Shown piece by piece: positions 1 to 9,102 of a DNA stretch of 62,317 nucleotides (the stretch's first letter is position 1; each line of letters starts with the position of its first letter). Origin of the DNA: Bacteroidia bacterium (GTDB taxonomy: Bacteria > Bacteroidota > Bacteroidia > SpSt-205); contig JANZYW010000003.1 of NCBI GenBank assembly GCA_026413325.1, forward strand, positions 1 through 62,317, read 5' to 3'. A model generated the notes under the pieces. That model saw only the letters and a program-made list of their open reading frames with translations. It did not search any database and was not told the origin of the DNA. The position numbers were made by a program, and so were the translations under genes.

Positions 1-416
1 TCATCTACCACCCGAGCTCCTTCTGCCTCTACGTAGTAAAACTGACCAGGCGAGAGAGGAGGCAAGAAAGAACGCGGGAGATAGAGTTCTGCCCGCACAA
101 GAGCATCTGCTGCCTCACGATCTACACAGCCCTGGAATCGGAGACGCCACTTCGAGCTTCTCCCCTGGTTTTTCCTAGCGGATGAAGTATGCGCCTCCCG
201 AAAAACTACTCGATGGGGAACTGCTTGCGACTGATGCGCAAATGCGACCCAGAAAACAGAGCAATCGTAGGCCTCAGGCTGCTCCGAGAAAGTCTCCACG
301 ATGACGTGGCCCCGCAAACCATGGGAGCGGAGCACGCGACCCCATAAAAAAAGCTCCGATAAGGGAAGAGGCCTTAGCTCCGAGCTGTAGTTTGGCTTGT
401 CTTCTGCGACTTCCAC
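1..416 (-). CDS. rimM: Ribosome maturation factor RimM (partial; runs off the window start)
   Basis: Not in the ORF track. Manual translation gives ...LWGRVLRSHGLRGHVIVE...WRLRFQGCVDREAADALVRAELYLPRSFLPPLSPGQFYYVEAEGARVVD, which has RimM N-domain and PRC-linker motifs. It lies directly downstream of rpsP. The only nearby in-frame start is GTG at 416, inside rpsP, so the start is uncertain. Confidence 0.85.
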   Translation of the reverse strand, partial: MEVAEDKPNYSSELRPLPLSELFLWGRVLRSHGLRGHVIVETFSEQPEAYDCSVFWVAFAHQSQAVPHRVVFREAHTSSARKNQGRSSKWRLRFQGCVDREAADALVRAELYLPRSFLPPLSPGQFYYVEAEGARVVD

Positions 417-718
417 GCCTGATAAGCCGCTTCGATTTCCTCGGCGGTCTTGCCCTTACGCCAGAGATGGAGCTTTAGAAGTATGCCCTCTCGAGAAAGA
501 AGAGAGCGAACTGTCTCTGTGGGTTGGGCCCCCTTTTTTAGCCAGTATAAAACCCGCTCATGATCAAAACGAATCTCGGCTGGGTGGGTATTTGGGTTAT
601 AAAACCCGAGTTTCTCTATAAAACGGCCATCTCTTGGAGAACGACTATCTGCCGCTACCAGATGAAAGAAAGCATGATGTCTGCGTCCATCTCTGCGCAA
701 ACGGAGTTTCACTGCCAT
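374..718 (-). CDS. rpsP: 30S ribosomal protein S16
   Basis: MAVKLRLRRDGRRHHAFFHLVAADSRSPRDGRFIEKLGFYNP...WLKKGAQPTETVRSLL is the S16 signature. ATG at 718. Confidence 0.97.
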   Translation of the reverse strand: MAVKLRLRRDGRRHHAFFHLVAADSRSPRDGRFIEKLGFYNPNTHPAEIRFDHERVLYWLKKGAQPTETVRSLLSREGILLKLHLWRKGKTAEEIEAAYQAWKSQKTSQTTARS

Positions 719-724
719 GGGGGG

Positions 725-732
725 CAAAGGTA
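725..732 (-). promoter_or_regulatory. Bacteroidota sigma70 -7 element (TACCTTTG) of rpsP
   Basis: Perfect TAnnTTTG, 6 nt before the ATG. Confidence 0.75.
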
Positions 733-785
733 AGAAGATTCCCCGAAAGGGAAAAACTCCGAAAGGAATGAGGACTGTTGCCCAG

Positions 786-1526
786 CTATGAGCGGGGTAA
801 GAACTGGGCAGTGCGGAAGACCCAGCTATTCGTTTCCTCCGGAGCAGCCAAAATAGCCCTTCCTACCACCAGAAAAGCGGGAAACCATCTGCTATCTTCC
901 GAGAGCGTGCCTCCTTGTGCTCCCAATCCCGGGACTAAAAGCCAGTCTTCTGGACAAAGCGAGCGAAAAAATCCCATGTCTGCAGCATGATGGGCTCCCC
1001 ACACCCATCCAATCGTAGCCGAGGCGTCTTTCGGTCGCTCCCGTATGATCGAGGGCCAAATCGTTTCTTGCCAGGGAGGACATTCCGTAGTGCGGAGAAG
1101 AACAAATACCCACTTCCCTCCCCAGCTCCAGAAAGGCTGCAAGGCTTCCCATCCCATATACGGATGTACAGTTATGGCATCAAACGATAAATCCTCAAAA
1201 AAGGCTCGAGCATAGGCCTTACTGGTATAAGCGATATCCCCTCGCTTTGCATCTGCGATGGCCAAGGCTTCGGAAGGAAGCGCTTGCCGAAGTCGGCGCA
1301 AAAGACCCCACCCCGCTTCCCCCCACTGCTCATAAAAGGCGGTATTCAGCTTGTAGGCGATGGCCTGCGAACTCGTTATGTCGATTACTTCTCGAAGGTA
1401 TCTCTCTATCTGCGATAGTCCTCCCTTCCATACTGAAGGGGGAAGCGCTTCTGGAGCTGGGTCAAGCGCCACACACAATAAACTCCTTTTAGCTTGAGCC
1501 AGCTGATACACCTCGCCTGGGCTCAC
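786..1526 (-). CDS. pyrF: Orotidine-5'-phosphate decarboxylase
   Basis: LCVALDP, AYKLNTAFYE, IADAKRGDI (DxKxxDI), DAITVHPYMG and LLVPGLGAQGG motifs. Confidence 0.93.
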   Translation of the reverse strand: MSPGEVYQLAQAKRSLLCVALDPAPEALPPSVWKGGLSQIERYLREVIDITSSQAIAYKLNTAFYEQWGEAGWGLLRRLRQALPSEALAIADAKRGDIAYTSKAYARAFFEDLSFDAITVHPYMGWEALQPFWSWGGKWVFVLLRTTECPPWQETIWPSIIRERPKDASATIGWVWGAHHAADMGFFRSLCPEDWLLVPGLGAQGGTLSEDSRWFPAFLVVGRAILAAPEETNSWVFRTAQFLPRS

Positions 1527-2158
1527 CGCAGATCGATTATTTGTACGCCTGGATGCTGCTTTACATCAAAAACAAAGGCAGAATCCGGAATAGGCTGAGT
1601 ATCATAAGATTTGAGTTCATATTCGACGACCGTCCCATCTCGATGAGAGATCCGCATACGCTGAGGAAGCTCTGTCTGCGCATCTATCCATACTTCCACA
1701 CGGAAGTAATCGGTCGTATCGCTAATGGGGAAAAGTGACACCTTATGAACAGTTCTTCCCTTGTATGTCTCGGTACGATCGTGACGTACTTTCATGTCCT
1801 GATCATAGATCCGAAATACTCGCTCGAGACTGAATCCCTCTTTTGGGTCATACGTAGAAACGTTGACCTCTTTTTCTTTCTTGAGAAACTGCCAGACTGT
1901 TTTGCCATCGGAGAGGATAGCAATATCTCCCAGATCCACTGCGAAGCGATTTTTCTTAGGGTGATACCGAAGTGTACCGGTGCGACTGATGCGTTTCTGA
2001 GTAGTATCGGCCCGATTCTCTACTACGTACGTAAACTGAACTGTCATGTACTCCATTGATTTCAGCTTCTTCCGTGAGCGGCGGACAAGATCGTTGGCTC
2101 TTGGATCCACCTGAGCGAGGAGGATTCCGATACAAGCACCTTTCCAAAGCCAAGTCAT
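1523..2158 (-). CDS. lolA: Outer-membrane lipoprotein carrier LolA family protein
   Basis: Signal peptide, SDGKTVWQF...EVNV and C-terminal FVFDVKQHPGVQIIDLR, typical of Bacteroidota LolA-like proteins. TATCTTTG at 2163-2170 is 4 nt upstream. Confidence 0.8.
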   Translation of the reverse strand: MTWLWKGACIGILLAQVDPRANDLVRRSRKKLKSMEYMTVQFTYVVENRADTTQKRISRTGTLRYHPKKNRFAVDLGDIAILSDGKTVWQFLKKEKEVNVSTYDPKEGFSLERVFRIYDQDMKVRHDRTETYKGRTVHKVSLFPISDTTDYFRVEVWIDAQTELPQRMRISHRDGTVVEYELKSYDTQPIPDSAFVFDVKQHPGVQIIDLR

Positions 2159-2245
2159 CGCTCAAAGATACGATGAGCCCAAAGGTCTCTGCCCTTAGGT
2201 TTCTTTCTCCCGATTGCCCACCGGCTCGCTTACTCACCCCGAGGC

Positions 2246-3943
2246 TTATCCTATTTCCATCGCTAAGAGGAGCAGATCGTCTGTCTGCGTCCGCCCAGAA
2301 GCCCAGAGTCGTATCGCCTCCCTCAAGTGAGCTATCTGTTCCTTCAAAGTAAGGTTGCTATATGTCTGAAGAAATGCTTTCAAACGACTACTGGAAAATC
2401 GCTTGCCCTCCATGTTGAGCTGATCGACCAGCCCATCTGAAAATAGGTAGATTCGATCCCCAGGCTGGAGAGTGAGTCGCTGGAGAGTAGGAGGGGTGCG
2501 CTGCTGATCATTTCTCGTGACGCTTATATCTTGCAAGCCGCCTGAGAGAGCATAGACTTCCCCTCCCCGCACCACCCACAGAGGCCTGCGAGCTCCCAAA
2601 TAAAGGGCTTTCCGTGTAGAAGAGGTATAAGAAAGCAGAGCCAACTCAAATCCATCTAAAAGAGGGGCTTCTCCGCCGAAAACCTCTTGGATATCCTTGA
2701 CGAGGTGGGCATATATTCGCTCTAAGTCACCCTGATAGTGACTTAGGATTTGTCTCAGCACTGTGGCTGCATAGATACTCAACATCGCAGCAGAAACCCC
2801 ATGTCCCGTACTATCTCCCATCGCAAGAACCAGTTGATCTCCTATCGGCTCGGCTACATAAAAATCTCCCCCCACCCCCATCTGTGGAGCATACCAAACC
2901 TCCACTACAGAAAAGAAGGGACGAAGCTGTTCTACAGGAGTGAGAAATCGACTTTGAATGCGAAAAGCGTACTGAAAAGATTGGTTGAGCTCCTCCTGAT
3001 AGATGCGGAGCCGCTCTTCACGCTCTTTTCGCTTAGTAACATTGAGCATAGAACCCAGATAATGGGTAGTATTCCCCAGTTCATCTCTTATAGGAACTAT
3101 GCTGATGAGCATCCAGTAGCCTTTTCCCTGCTTATCATACGCATAGATCTCTCGAGTAAATGGTGCTCGGCTGAGATGAGATAGAATCGAGTTCTCAGGA
3201 GTGGGACTTGTCTCCGGGGTCGGAAGTAGATACCCAAAGGTACCGCCCACGTCATCTGCTCGACGCCCTACCAGTTCTGAGGCAGGCCAGCCCGACGCCC
3301 GCTCAAACATGCGGTTTACCCAAACGATATGTCCTTGACCATCCAAAATGAACTGCATCATGTGGGAATAGGCGGTAGCAGCTGCCAGGAGACGAATCTT
3401 CTCCGACTGTTGGATGAGCTCTTCCATCACTGCTTCTTTCTCTGAGGCGAGGCGATCTGCCCGGTCTATCTGCTCCTGCAGCTGAGACGCATACCGAATA
3501 AGCTCTTCCTTCATCATCTCGAGCTCCGAGACATCCTGGAAGATTAGGAGGAAATGACTGCATGTTCCCTCTGGGGTAGGCAGCCCCATCCACAGACCAT
3601 TGATGGGTTTATCCCCTTCCACAGAACGAAAATGAACGCTATACTGCCCTTCCTGCATCCTCTCGGTGTAGAGCCGAAGAATCGGTTCAGAAGGATGAAA
3701 ATAGGTTTCTAAGAGAGAAAGAGGCGTCATTCGCCGCAGCTCTCTACCCGATATGCCCATTAAGAGCAAACTGGCAGGACTTGCCCAGCTGATACGGTCC
3801 CTCTGAACGTCAAAGACAAAGACTGGTATGGGGAAAAACTGCGCCATCTTATCGGCCAGATAGGCATCCAAAGGCATCTCTTCCAGACCCAGTTGAGATG
3901 CTTGCCCCATCATCCGCCGTACCAGATCTCCTAAGGAAGCCAT
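2246..3943 (-). CDS. PAS-domain SpoIIE/PP2C-type Ser/Thr phosphatase
   Basis: Two PAS-like segments and coiled coils, then PP2C motifs VGGDFY, GDSTGHGVSAAM, FSDGLVDQ and QTDDL. Confidence 0.88.
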   Translation of the reverse strand: MASLGDLVRRMMGQASQLGLEEMPLDAYLADKMAQFFPIPVFVFDVQRDRISWASPASLLLMGISGRELRRMTPLSLLETYFHPSEPILRLYTERMQEGQYSVHFRSVEGDKPINGLWMGLPTPEGTCSHFLLIFQDVSELEMMKEELIRYASQLQEQIDRADRLASEKEAVMEELIQQSEKIRLLAAATAYSHMMQFILDGQGHIVWVNRMFERASGWPASELVGRRADDVGGTFGYLLPTPETSPTPENSILSHLSRAPFTREIYAYDKQGKGYWMLISIVPIRDELGNTTHYLGSMLNVTKRKEREERLRIYQEELNQSFQYAFRIQSRFLTPVEQLRPFFSVVEVWYAPQMGVGGDFYVAEPIGDQLVLAMGDSTGHGVSAAMLSIYAATVLRQILSHYQGDLERIYAHLVKDIQEVFGGEAPLLDGFELALLSYTSSTRKALYLGARRPLWVVRGGEVYALSGGLQDISVTRNDQQRTPPTLQRLTLQPGDRIYLFSDGLVDQLNMEGKRFSSSRLKAFLQTYSNLTLKEQIAHLREAIRLWASGRTQTDDLLLLAMEIG

Positions 3944-3951
3944 AGACTGTG

Positions 3952-5097
3952 TCAGACCCGTTGGAGGGCAGATTGGAGATCTATTATGAGGTCCTCACTA
4001 TCCTCGATACCCACCGAAAGACGCAAGAGACCTGGCGTGATACCCAAGGTACGCCGCTCCTCTTCTGGGATAGAAGCATGCGTCATCGTAGCGGGGTGGT
4101 TCACCAGGGACTCTACCCCTCCTAAACTCTCCGCCAGAGTAAATACCTGTAAAGATTCCCAAAATCCACGCAGATCTTCTGGGTCCTGGACTGGAATCTC
4201 AAAAGACACCATCCCTCCCGGAAGGCGCATCTGCTGTTTTGCCAAAAGATATTGGGGGTGGGTCAAAAGCCCAGGATAGTACACTCGAGCCACTTTGGGG
4301 TGAGTAGCCAAAAACTCTGCCACTTTCTGAGCATTTTCACAGTGTTTCTGCATCCGCAGAGGCAACGTTTTGATACCCCTCAGCACGAGAAAACAGTCCA
4401 TAGGTCCTGGGACTGCCCCTACCGCATTTTGTAGAAAGCGAAGGCGATGATAATCCTCTTCCCGATTAAGCATAATAGCCCCCATCACAACATCAGAATG
4501 CCCACCCAGGTATTTGGTGGCAGAATGGACGACGATATCTGCCTCCATCTCTAATGGATTTTGAAGGTAGGGAGTGGCAAACGTATTATCCACAACAAGC
4601 TTTGCCCCCCGCTGATGGGCCACATCTGCCAGTGCAGGGATAGGCGAAACATGCAAGAGGGGATTGCTGGGTGTCTCTACCCACAGCAGGCGGGTTTCAG
4701 GCCGAAATGCCGATTCTACCTGCGCCACATCCGTCGTATCCACAAAGTCAAAGCTTAGCCCCCAGGGCTCAAAGACTCGACGCATGATCCGATACGTCCC
4801 TCCATACAAATCTCGGCTGACGAGCACATGGTCGCCAGGAGAGAGAAGGCGCAAGACTGCATCTGTCGCAGCTAAACCAGATGCGAAAGCTAATGCATAC
4901 GAAGCCCCCTCCAGTTGAGCCAACGCCATCTCCAAAGCCGTTCGAGTGGGGTTATGGGTACGGCTGTATTCATATCCCTTATGAACCCCAGGGGCTTCTT
5001 GGGCATACGTAGAAGTGAAGTATACGGGCACCATCACCGCTCCTGTAAGCGGATCCGGCTCTGTCCCCGCATGAACTGCCAGTGTGTGCCATTTCAC
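3952..5097 (-). CDS. Cystathionine gamma-synthase/gamma-lyase (PLP-dependent trans-sulfuration enzyme)
   Basis: YEYSRTHNPT, ETPSNP, VDNTFATP, HSATKYLGGHSD (PLP lysine), AESLGGVESL and LLRLSVGIED. Confidence 0.93.
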   Translation of the reverse strand: MKWHTLAVHAGTEPDPLTGAVMVPVYFTSTYAQEAPGVHKGYEYSRTHNPTRTALEMALAQLEGASYALAFASGLAATDAVLRLLSPGDHVLVSRDLYGGTYRIMRRVFEPWGLSFDFVDTTDVAQVESAFRPETRLLWVETPSNPLLHVSPIPALADVAHQRGAKLVVDNTFATPYLQNPLEMEADIVVHSATKYLGGHSDVVMGAIMLNREEDYHRLRFLQNAVGAVPGPMDCFLVLRGIKTLPLRMQKHCENAQKVAEFLATHPKVARVYYPGLLTHPQYLLAKQQMRLPGGMVSFEIPVQDPEDLRGFWESLQVFTLAESLGGVESLVNHPATMTHASIPEEERRTLGITPGLLRLSVGIEDSEDLIIDLQSALQRV

Positions 5098-5191
5098 GGG
5101 TACAAAGGTAGAATCTCAGACACTAAGGCCCCATCTTTCTTGCCCCAAACACAGCATGCGATTTCAAGAACATCACCCAAAGACTGTCAAC

Positions 5192-6388
5192 CTATACTCG
5201 AGTTATGATACTTCTCGTTTCCATAGCGCGCGCTCGCGCCTCTGCCGAAAAGTAATACCGAAAAGTAGCATGGACCTTGCTACGACGAGCCTGCGTAGCC
5301 TCTAACACTGCCAGCATCGCAGGGTTAAAGTCCCCTACCCAGCTGAGTTCTGCATGCGTGATGCCCATTTTCAAGGCAGAAGGTATCGGCAGATAAGCAA
5401 GGGCCGACTCTAACCCCCTGCGCTGATACCGAGGACGAACTCCCATGAGCATCACGCGAGCGCGAGTGAGGATACCCCGATGTCGATACCATGCATACTT
5501 ATTGCGCTTCCTCCATAGAAAGGTAAGCAACTGCCACAGATTAGGCTTGCCCCGCCAGGGACGAAAAATCTGATTAAGGTCAGGCAGGGCTAAAATCACC
5601 CCCGCCGGATCCCCATCCACATACGCAAAAAATATCATCTCTTCTATGAGTACAGGACGCAGCCCCTCCACCAACCGAAGCACTCTTTCTTCCGTAAGGG
5701 GTACAAAATGCTCATGAAAGCGCCACGCATCATTGTAAATCTGCATAAAGTCTAAGGCATATTTGCGGAGATGAGCTAAATCAGGATGGGCAAAAGAAAC
5801 CCCCTCTCTTTGAGCAGCTCGCAGAGCAATACGAACGATGCGATCAGGGATCTCTCGCAGATCTAACTCACGAGACTCTTGACGAAAATACACCTCGAAC
5901 CCATATCGTTCTAAAAACTCTGCATAATACGGCTTATTGTACGGCATGCCATAAGAAGGCGGACTATCAAAACCTTCTATCAGCACTCCCCAGAAGCGGT
6001 CATTTTCCCCAAAATTGATACAAGCATCCGCTGCCTCCATACCCCGGTCAGCAAGCCATGCCTGCGCGGTAGACAGTAAGTCCTCTGCGACCGAATAGTC
6101 TTCTATACATTCAAAGAAGCCTATCCCCCCAGTAGGTACGATATACTTCTGAGCCTTAGGATAATAAATGAAGGCGGCAATACGGCCCACCACTTGCCCC
6201 TTGGGAGTGGAGGCGACCCACCACTGGGCCTCTCCTGCTGAAAAATGCGGATTCTTCCGAGGATCAAAAAGGGCCCTGAGCTCCATATCCAAGGGACCCA
6301 CCCAATGAGGATCTCCTCGATAGAGCGTCCGTGGTAAGTCTAAAAAGGCAGCTTTATGAGCAGCAGTCGTAGCGGGAACTACTGGCAT
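5192..6388 (-). CDS. GNAT-fold protein (YghO-like)
   Basis: VVGRIAAF, GGIGFFEC, GVLIEGF, MPYNKPYY, LPDLNQ, MGVRPRYQRRGLE (acetyl-CoA-binding-like) and ELSWV. Confidence 0.7.
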   Translation of the reverse strand: MPVVPATTAAHKAAFLDLPRTLYRGDPHWVGPLDMELRALFDPRKNPHFSAGEAQWWVASTPKGQVVGRIAAFIYYPKAQKYIVPTGGIGFFECIEDYSVAEDLLSTAQAWLADRGMEAADACINFGENDRFWGVLIEGFDSPPSYGMPYNKPYYAEFLERYGFEVYFRQESRELDLREIPDRIVRIALRAAQREGVSFAHPDLAHLRKYALDFMQIYNDAWRFHEHFVPLTEERVLRLVEGLRPVLIEEMIFFAYVDGDPAGVILALPDLNQIFRPWRGKPNLWQLLTFLWRKRNKYAWYRHRGILTRARVMLMGVRPRYQRRGLESALAYLPIPSALKMGITHAELSWVGDFNPAMLAVLEATQARRSKVHATFRYYFSAEARARAMETRSIITRV

Positions 6389-6400
6389 GTAAAGACAAAG

Positions 6401-7351
6401 TTAGCGATGCCGCCTGGCAGAAGATACCTGCCAAAAGCGCCTGTCCCATCGACCTTCGATCCGTTCTTCTACCGAATCGGGTAAAGCCGCATAAAAATCG
6501 ATACCTGTTATCTTTTCTACTGAATCGACTCTCACCAGAAAGTCTACCGGACTCTTGCGAGAAGCTGCATGAGGCACCAAAAAAGCTACCGCTTGAGGGG
6601 CTTTTTCATCCTCTAACCAATACACAACCTTATAGAAAGCAGTAGGAACGGTCACTCGATTGAGACCGATTGCGTCTTTGTTTTTGTCTAAAACAGGGCC
6701 GGTGTACACCACGAGCCGCTTTTTTTCCCTTGCCCAGCGCCGAACCGTACTTTCTACCTCCTCCCAGATACCCGCATTGAACTCATGAAGCTGAGGACTC
6801 ATGTTAGAGAGATAAAAAGTTTCACTCATTCCCACAGAGTCCCACTTGAAATCTCCCGCCGGTACGAGATGCCCTCTGTCGTATCCCGAACGCCGATAGT
6901 CCTCAAGCTGGGCCGACCCCGTAGTGACATACGGATCAGGACGAAAATCCTGTGTACGAGCTACTCGCCCAGCCGATAACCTCTTCCCCTCCAGTATATG
7001 CACAGTCCATCGAGCCTGCTCGTGATGCTCATCATAACAAAGCACGTAGTAGCGGTGCCGGACCCGTACGCAGCCAGGAAACTCTGCATAGGCAAGTTCC
7101 AGCGCAATATAGTCCGACAAATGCTTCTCTTCTTTCGCTGCTATCTTTGAAAGGGGTTTCTCAGACACACCTTCTCCGCGATTCGCTACGGAGGAAGGAC
7201 CAGCTGTTCTCTCTGTAGAGGGCGAGAGAGTGTCCACTTCAGGCATGGAAGGAGAAGAAGCAGACACAGAGGGAGGCGTCATTTTGTGTAGCCATAACCA
7301 CATGGCTGCCCCCACCAACCCCAAGAGGAACACGATAAGGAAAGGACGCAC
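6401..7351 (-). CDS. DNA/RNA non-specific endonuclease (NucA/EndoG family), membrane-anchored
   Basis: SGYDRGHL active-site motif, ETFYLSNMSPQ and N-terminal hydrophobic anchor. Confidence 0.92.
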   Translation of the reverse strand: MRPFLIVFLLGLVGAAMWLWLHKMTPPSVSASSPSMPEVDTLSPSTERTAGPSSVANRGEGVSEKPLSKIAAKEEKHLSDYIALELAYAEFPGCVRVRHRYYVLCYDEHHEQARWTVHILEGKRLSAGRVARTQDFRPDPYVTTGSAQLEDYRRSGYDRGHLVPAGDFKWDSVGMSETFYLSNMSPQLHEFNAGIWEEVESTVRRWAREKKRLVVYTGPVLDKNKDAIGLNRVTVPTAFYKVVYWLEDEKAPQAVAFLVPHAASRKSPVDFLVRVDSVEKITGIDFYAALPDSVEERIEGRWDRRFWQVSSARRHR

Positions 7352-7368
7352 TCTACAAAGGTATCCTC

Positions 7369-8094
7369 TTATTCCCGCAACCCTACTGTCCTCAGAAGTC
7401 CCGGAGCGAAGTCACGGCTACACATGTAGACAGTTCCAGTGTGCAAAACCACCTTATACCGCCCTGAAAACCAGGTGAGGACCTCTTGTATCGCTTCGCT
7501 ATTTACGATAGCGTCCCGAGCGATCCGAATAAAAGGAGGATGAGGAAGCTTTTCTTCTACCTGCTGGAGCGTATAGGCACGAGTGGTATGCACCTCCCCA
7601 GAACGCGTCTCGATATAAAGGGTTCTATCTTCTATACGAACCCCCACGATGTCAGTGCAAGACAAAATGAGATGGCCTTCTTTCTGCGGGATAGGAAGGC
7701 GCATACTGCCTCCGCCCCCTTCTCGCATGACTTGGACTCGACGCTGAGCTCGAGCCAGGGCTTGACGCAGTCGGTCCAGAGAAAAAGGTTTGAGAAGGTA
7801 ATCTACAGCTCCTCCCTCAAAAGCCTTAACGGCATGCTCCGCATAAGCCGTCGTGAATATAACAGCAGGGGGATGGGGAAGGCTTGCAGCAAAATGCATA
7901 AGAGAAACGCCATCAACCCCCGGCATCTCAATATCCAGGAGGACGATATCCCAGCTCTCTTCTTGCAACCGCTGCAAAGCCGACTCTCCATCCACCGCTT
8001 CCTTTACCTGCATATCCCCTATCTGAGCCAGGTACCGCTGAAGAAGCCGACGAGCCGGTTCTTCATCCTCCACGACCAAAACGCGCCATGCCAT
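7369..8094 (-). CDS. LytTR-family DNA-binding response regulator
   Basis: REC domain (VVEDE, LLDIEMP, FTTAY, DYLLKP) plus LytTR domain (FIRIARDAIVN). Confidence 0.92.
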   Translation of the reverse strand: MAWRVLVVEDEEPARRLLQRYLAQIGDMQVKEAVDGESALQRLQEESWDIVLLDIEMPGVDGVSLMHFAASLPHPPAVIFTTAYAEHAVKAFEGGAVDYLLKPFSLDRLRQALARAQRRVQVMREGGGGSMRLPIPQKEGHLILSCTDIVGVRIEDRTLYIETRSGEVHTTRAYTLQQVEEKLPHPPFIRIARDAIVNSEAIQEVLTWFSGRYKVVLHTGTVYMCSRDFAPGLLRTVGLRE

Positions 8095-8105
8095 CTACGC
8101 CAATA

Positions 8106-8672
8106 TTAGGATTTTTCTGGGGATTCTACACGGCCCACTGCCATCAACCACCCTTCCCCATGGAAAAAAGCCAAACCAATCTCACAGCTACCCCCTGATT
8201 TCATAGAAACAACTCTCTCTCCAAGAAATAATAAATCATGCCTAAATGACAAACTGTCAAATTTAGAGGATAAAATCTTGTAAGCAACCTCTTTAGAGCA
8301 CCATACTTTCCATATTGAAATGTTTTCATTCATAAATCTCTCCTTTTCAGATGGATGCATAAAATACTCGCATACCCCCGCAGGAAAAGGACGCAGGCGC
8401 TCAATGTCTATAGCTACTGGATAGGGCGCAGAGATGGCGGCTGCCCAAGGGTAGCTATGGGAAAGAGAATAAAAGCCAGAAGAGGAGAGCATAGCTCGAG
8501 CCGCCCGGGCAGCGAGAGACTCTTTCCTCCGACGCTCGTGCGTAATCTGCCCGATATGGGCGGCCTCTTCTGCAGAAAGTCTTGAGAGATCCCACAACTG
8601 CTCTTCGGACTCCGCGATTTTCCACACAGCCCATTCTGCCTCGTCCCAACTTCCCCTGTATATTAGAGGCAT
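8106..8672 (-). CDS. 4'-phosphopantetheinyl transferase family protein
   Basis: SLSHS, VAIDIE and WCSKEVAYK motifs of Sfp-type PPTases. Confidence 0.85.
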   Translation of the reverse strand: MPLIYRGSWDEAEWAVWKIAESEEQLWDLSRLSAEEAAHIGQITHERRRKESLAARAARAMLSSSGFYSLSHSYPWAAAISAPYPVAIDIERLRPFPAGVCEYFMHPSEKERFMNENISIWKVWCSKEVAYKILSSKFDSLSFRHDLLFLGERVVSMKSGGSCEIGLAFFHGEGWLMAVGRVESPEKS

Positions 8673-9102
8673 GCAGCGAAGATGGCACTTTCTCCTGGCC
8701 CATCCTCTCGAACCCAGCCAAGAATCTGCGCTTCGGACCTATCTTACCCATCACCTCCGAGAATGGAAAACCCACGGACGCCCCATCAGCTGGAATTTGC
8801 AGTTTCCGTACCAGCATTTCATCGAGATTACTGCCTACGGCCCTGTGTCAGGATGCGCCACAGATACGCTGTTTCGTACAGTACAAGAAGCCTCTCAAAT
8901 CTGCCACATACCCCTTCTGAAGACAGAGTGGATAGCAGTCGTAAAAGAAGGAAAAGTTTTTGTAAAAAAGTTTTATGAAATAATAAAAGAATATAGTCTC
9001 AATCAGTGGGATCCCACCTGGCAAATTTTAGAGCCTTCGGAGGAGGGTATCCAACCTGTATCACTGACCGAGAGCCGTTTAGCTATCCACTTGTCCAAAT
9101 GA
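8671..9102 (+). CDS. Conserved hypothetical Bacteroidota protein
   Basis: WKTHG and VSGCATD resemble the WxAHG/SGCSID motifs of an uncharacterised Bacteroidota family. Its stop overlaps the next ATG. Confidence 0.6.
   Translation: MQRRWHFLLAHPLEPSQESALRTYLTHHLREWKTHGRPISWNLQFPYQHFIEITAYGPVSGCATDTLFRTVQEASQICHIPLLKTEWIAVVKEGKVFVKKFYEIIKEYSLNQWDPTWQILEPSEEGIQPVSLTESRLAIHLSK

Noticed and set aside
7486-8109. Long antisense and alternative-frame ORFs (e.g. 7486-8109, 28166-28681, 31793-32371, 51822-52310)
   Set aside because: They are shadows of well-supported genes on the opposite strand or frame, with no recognisable motifs.
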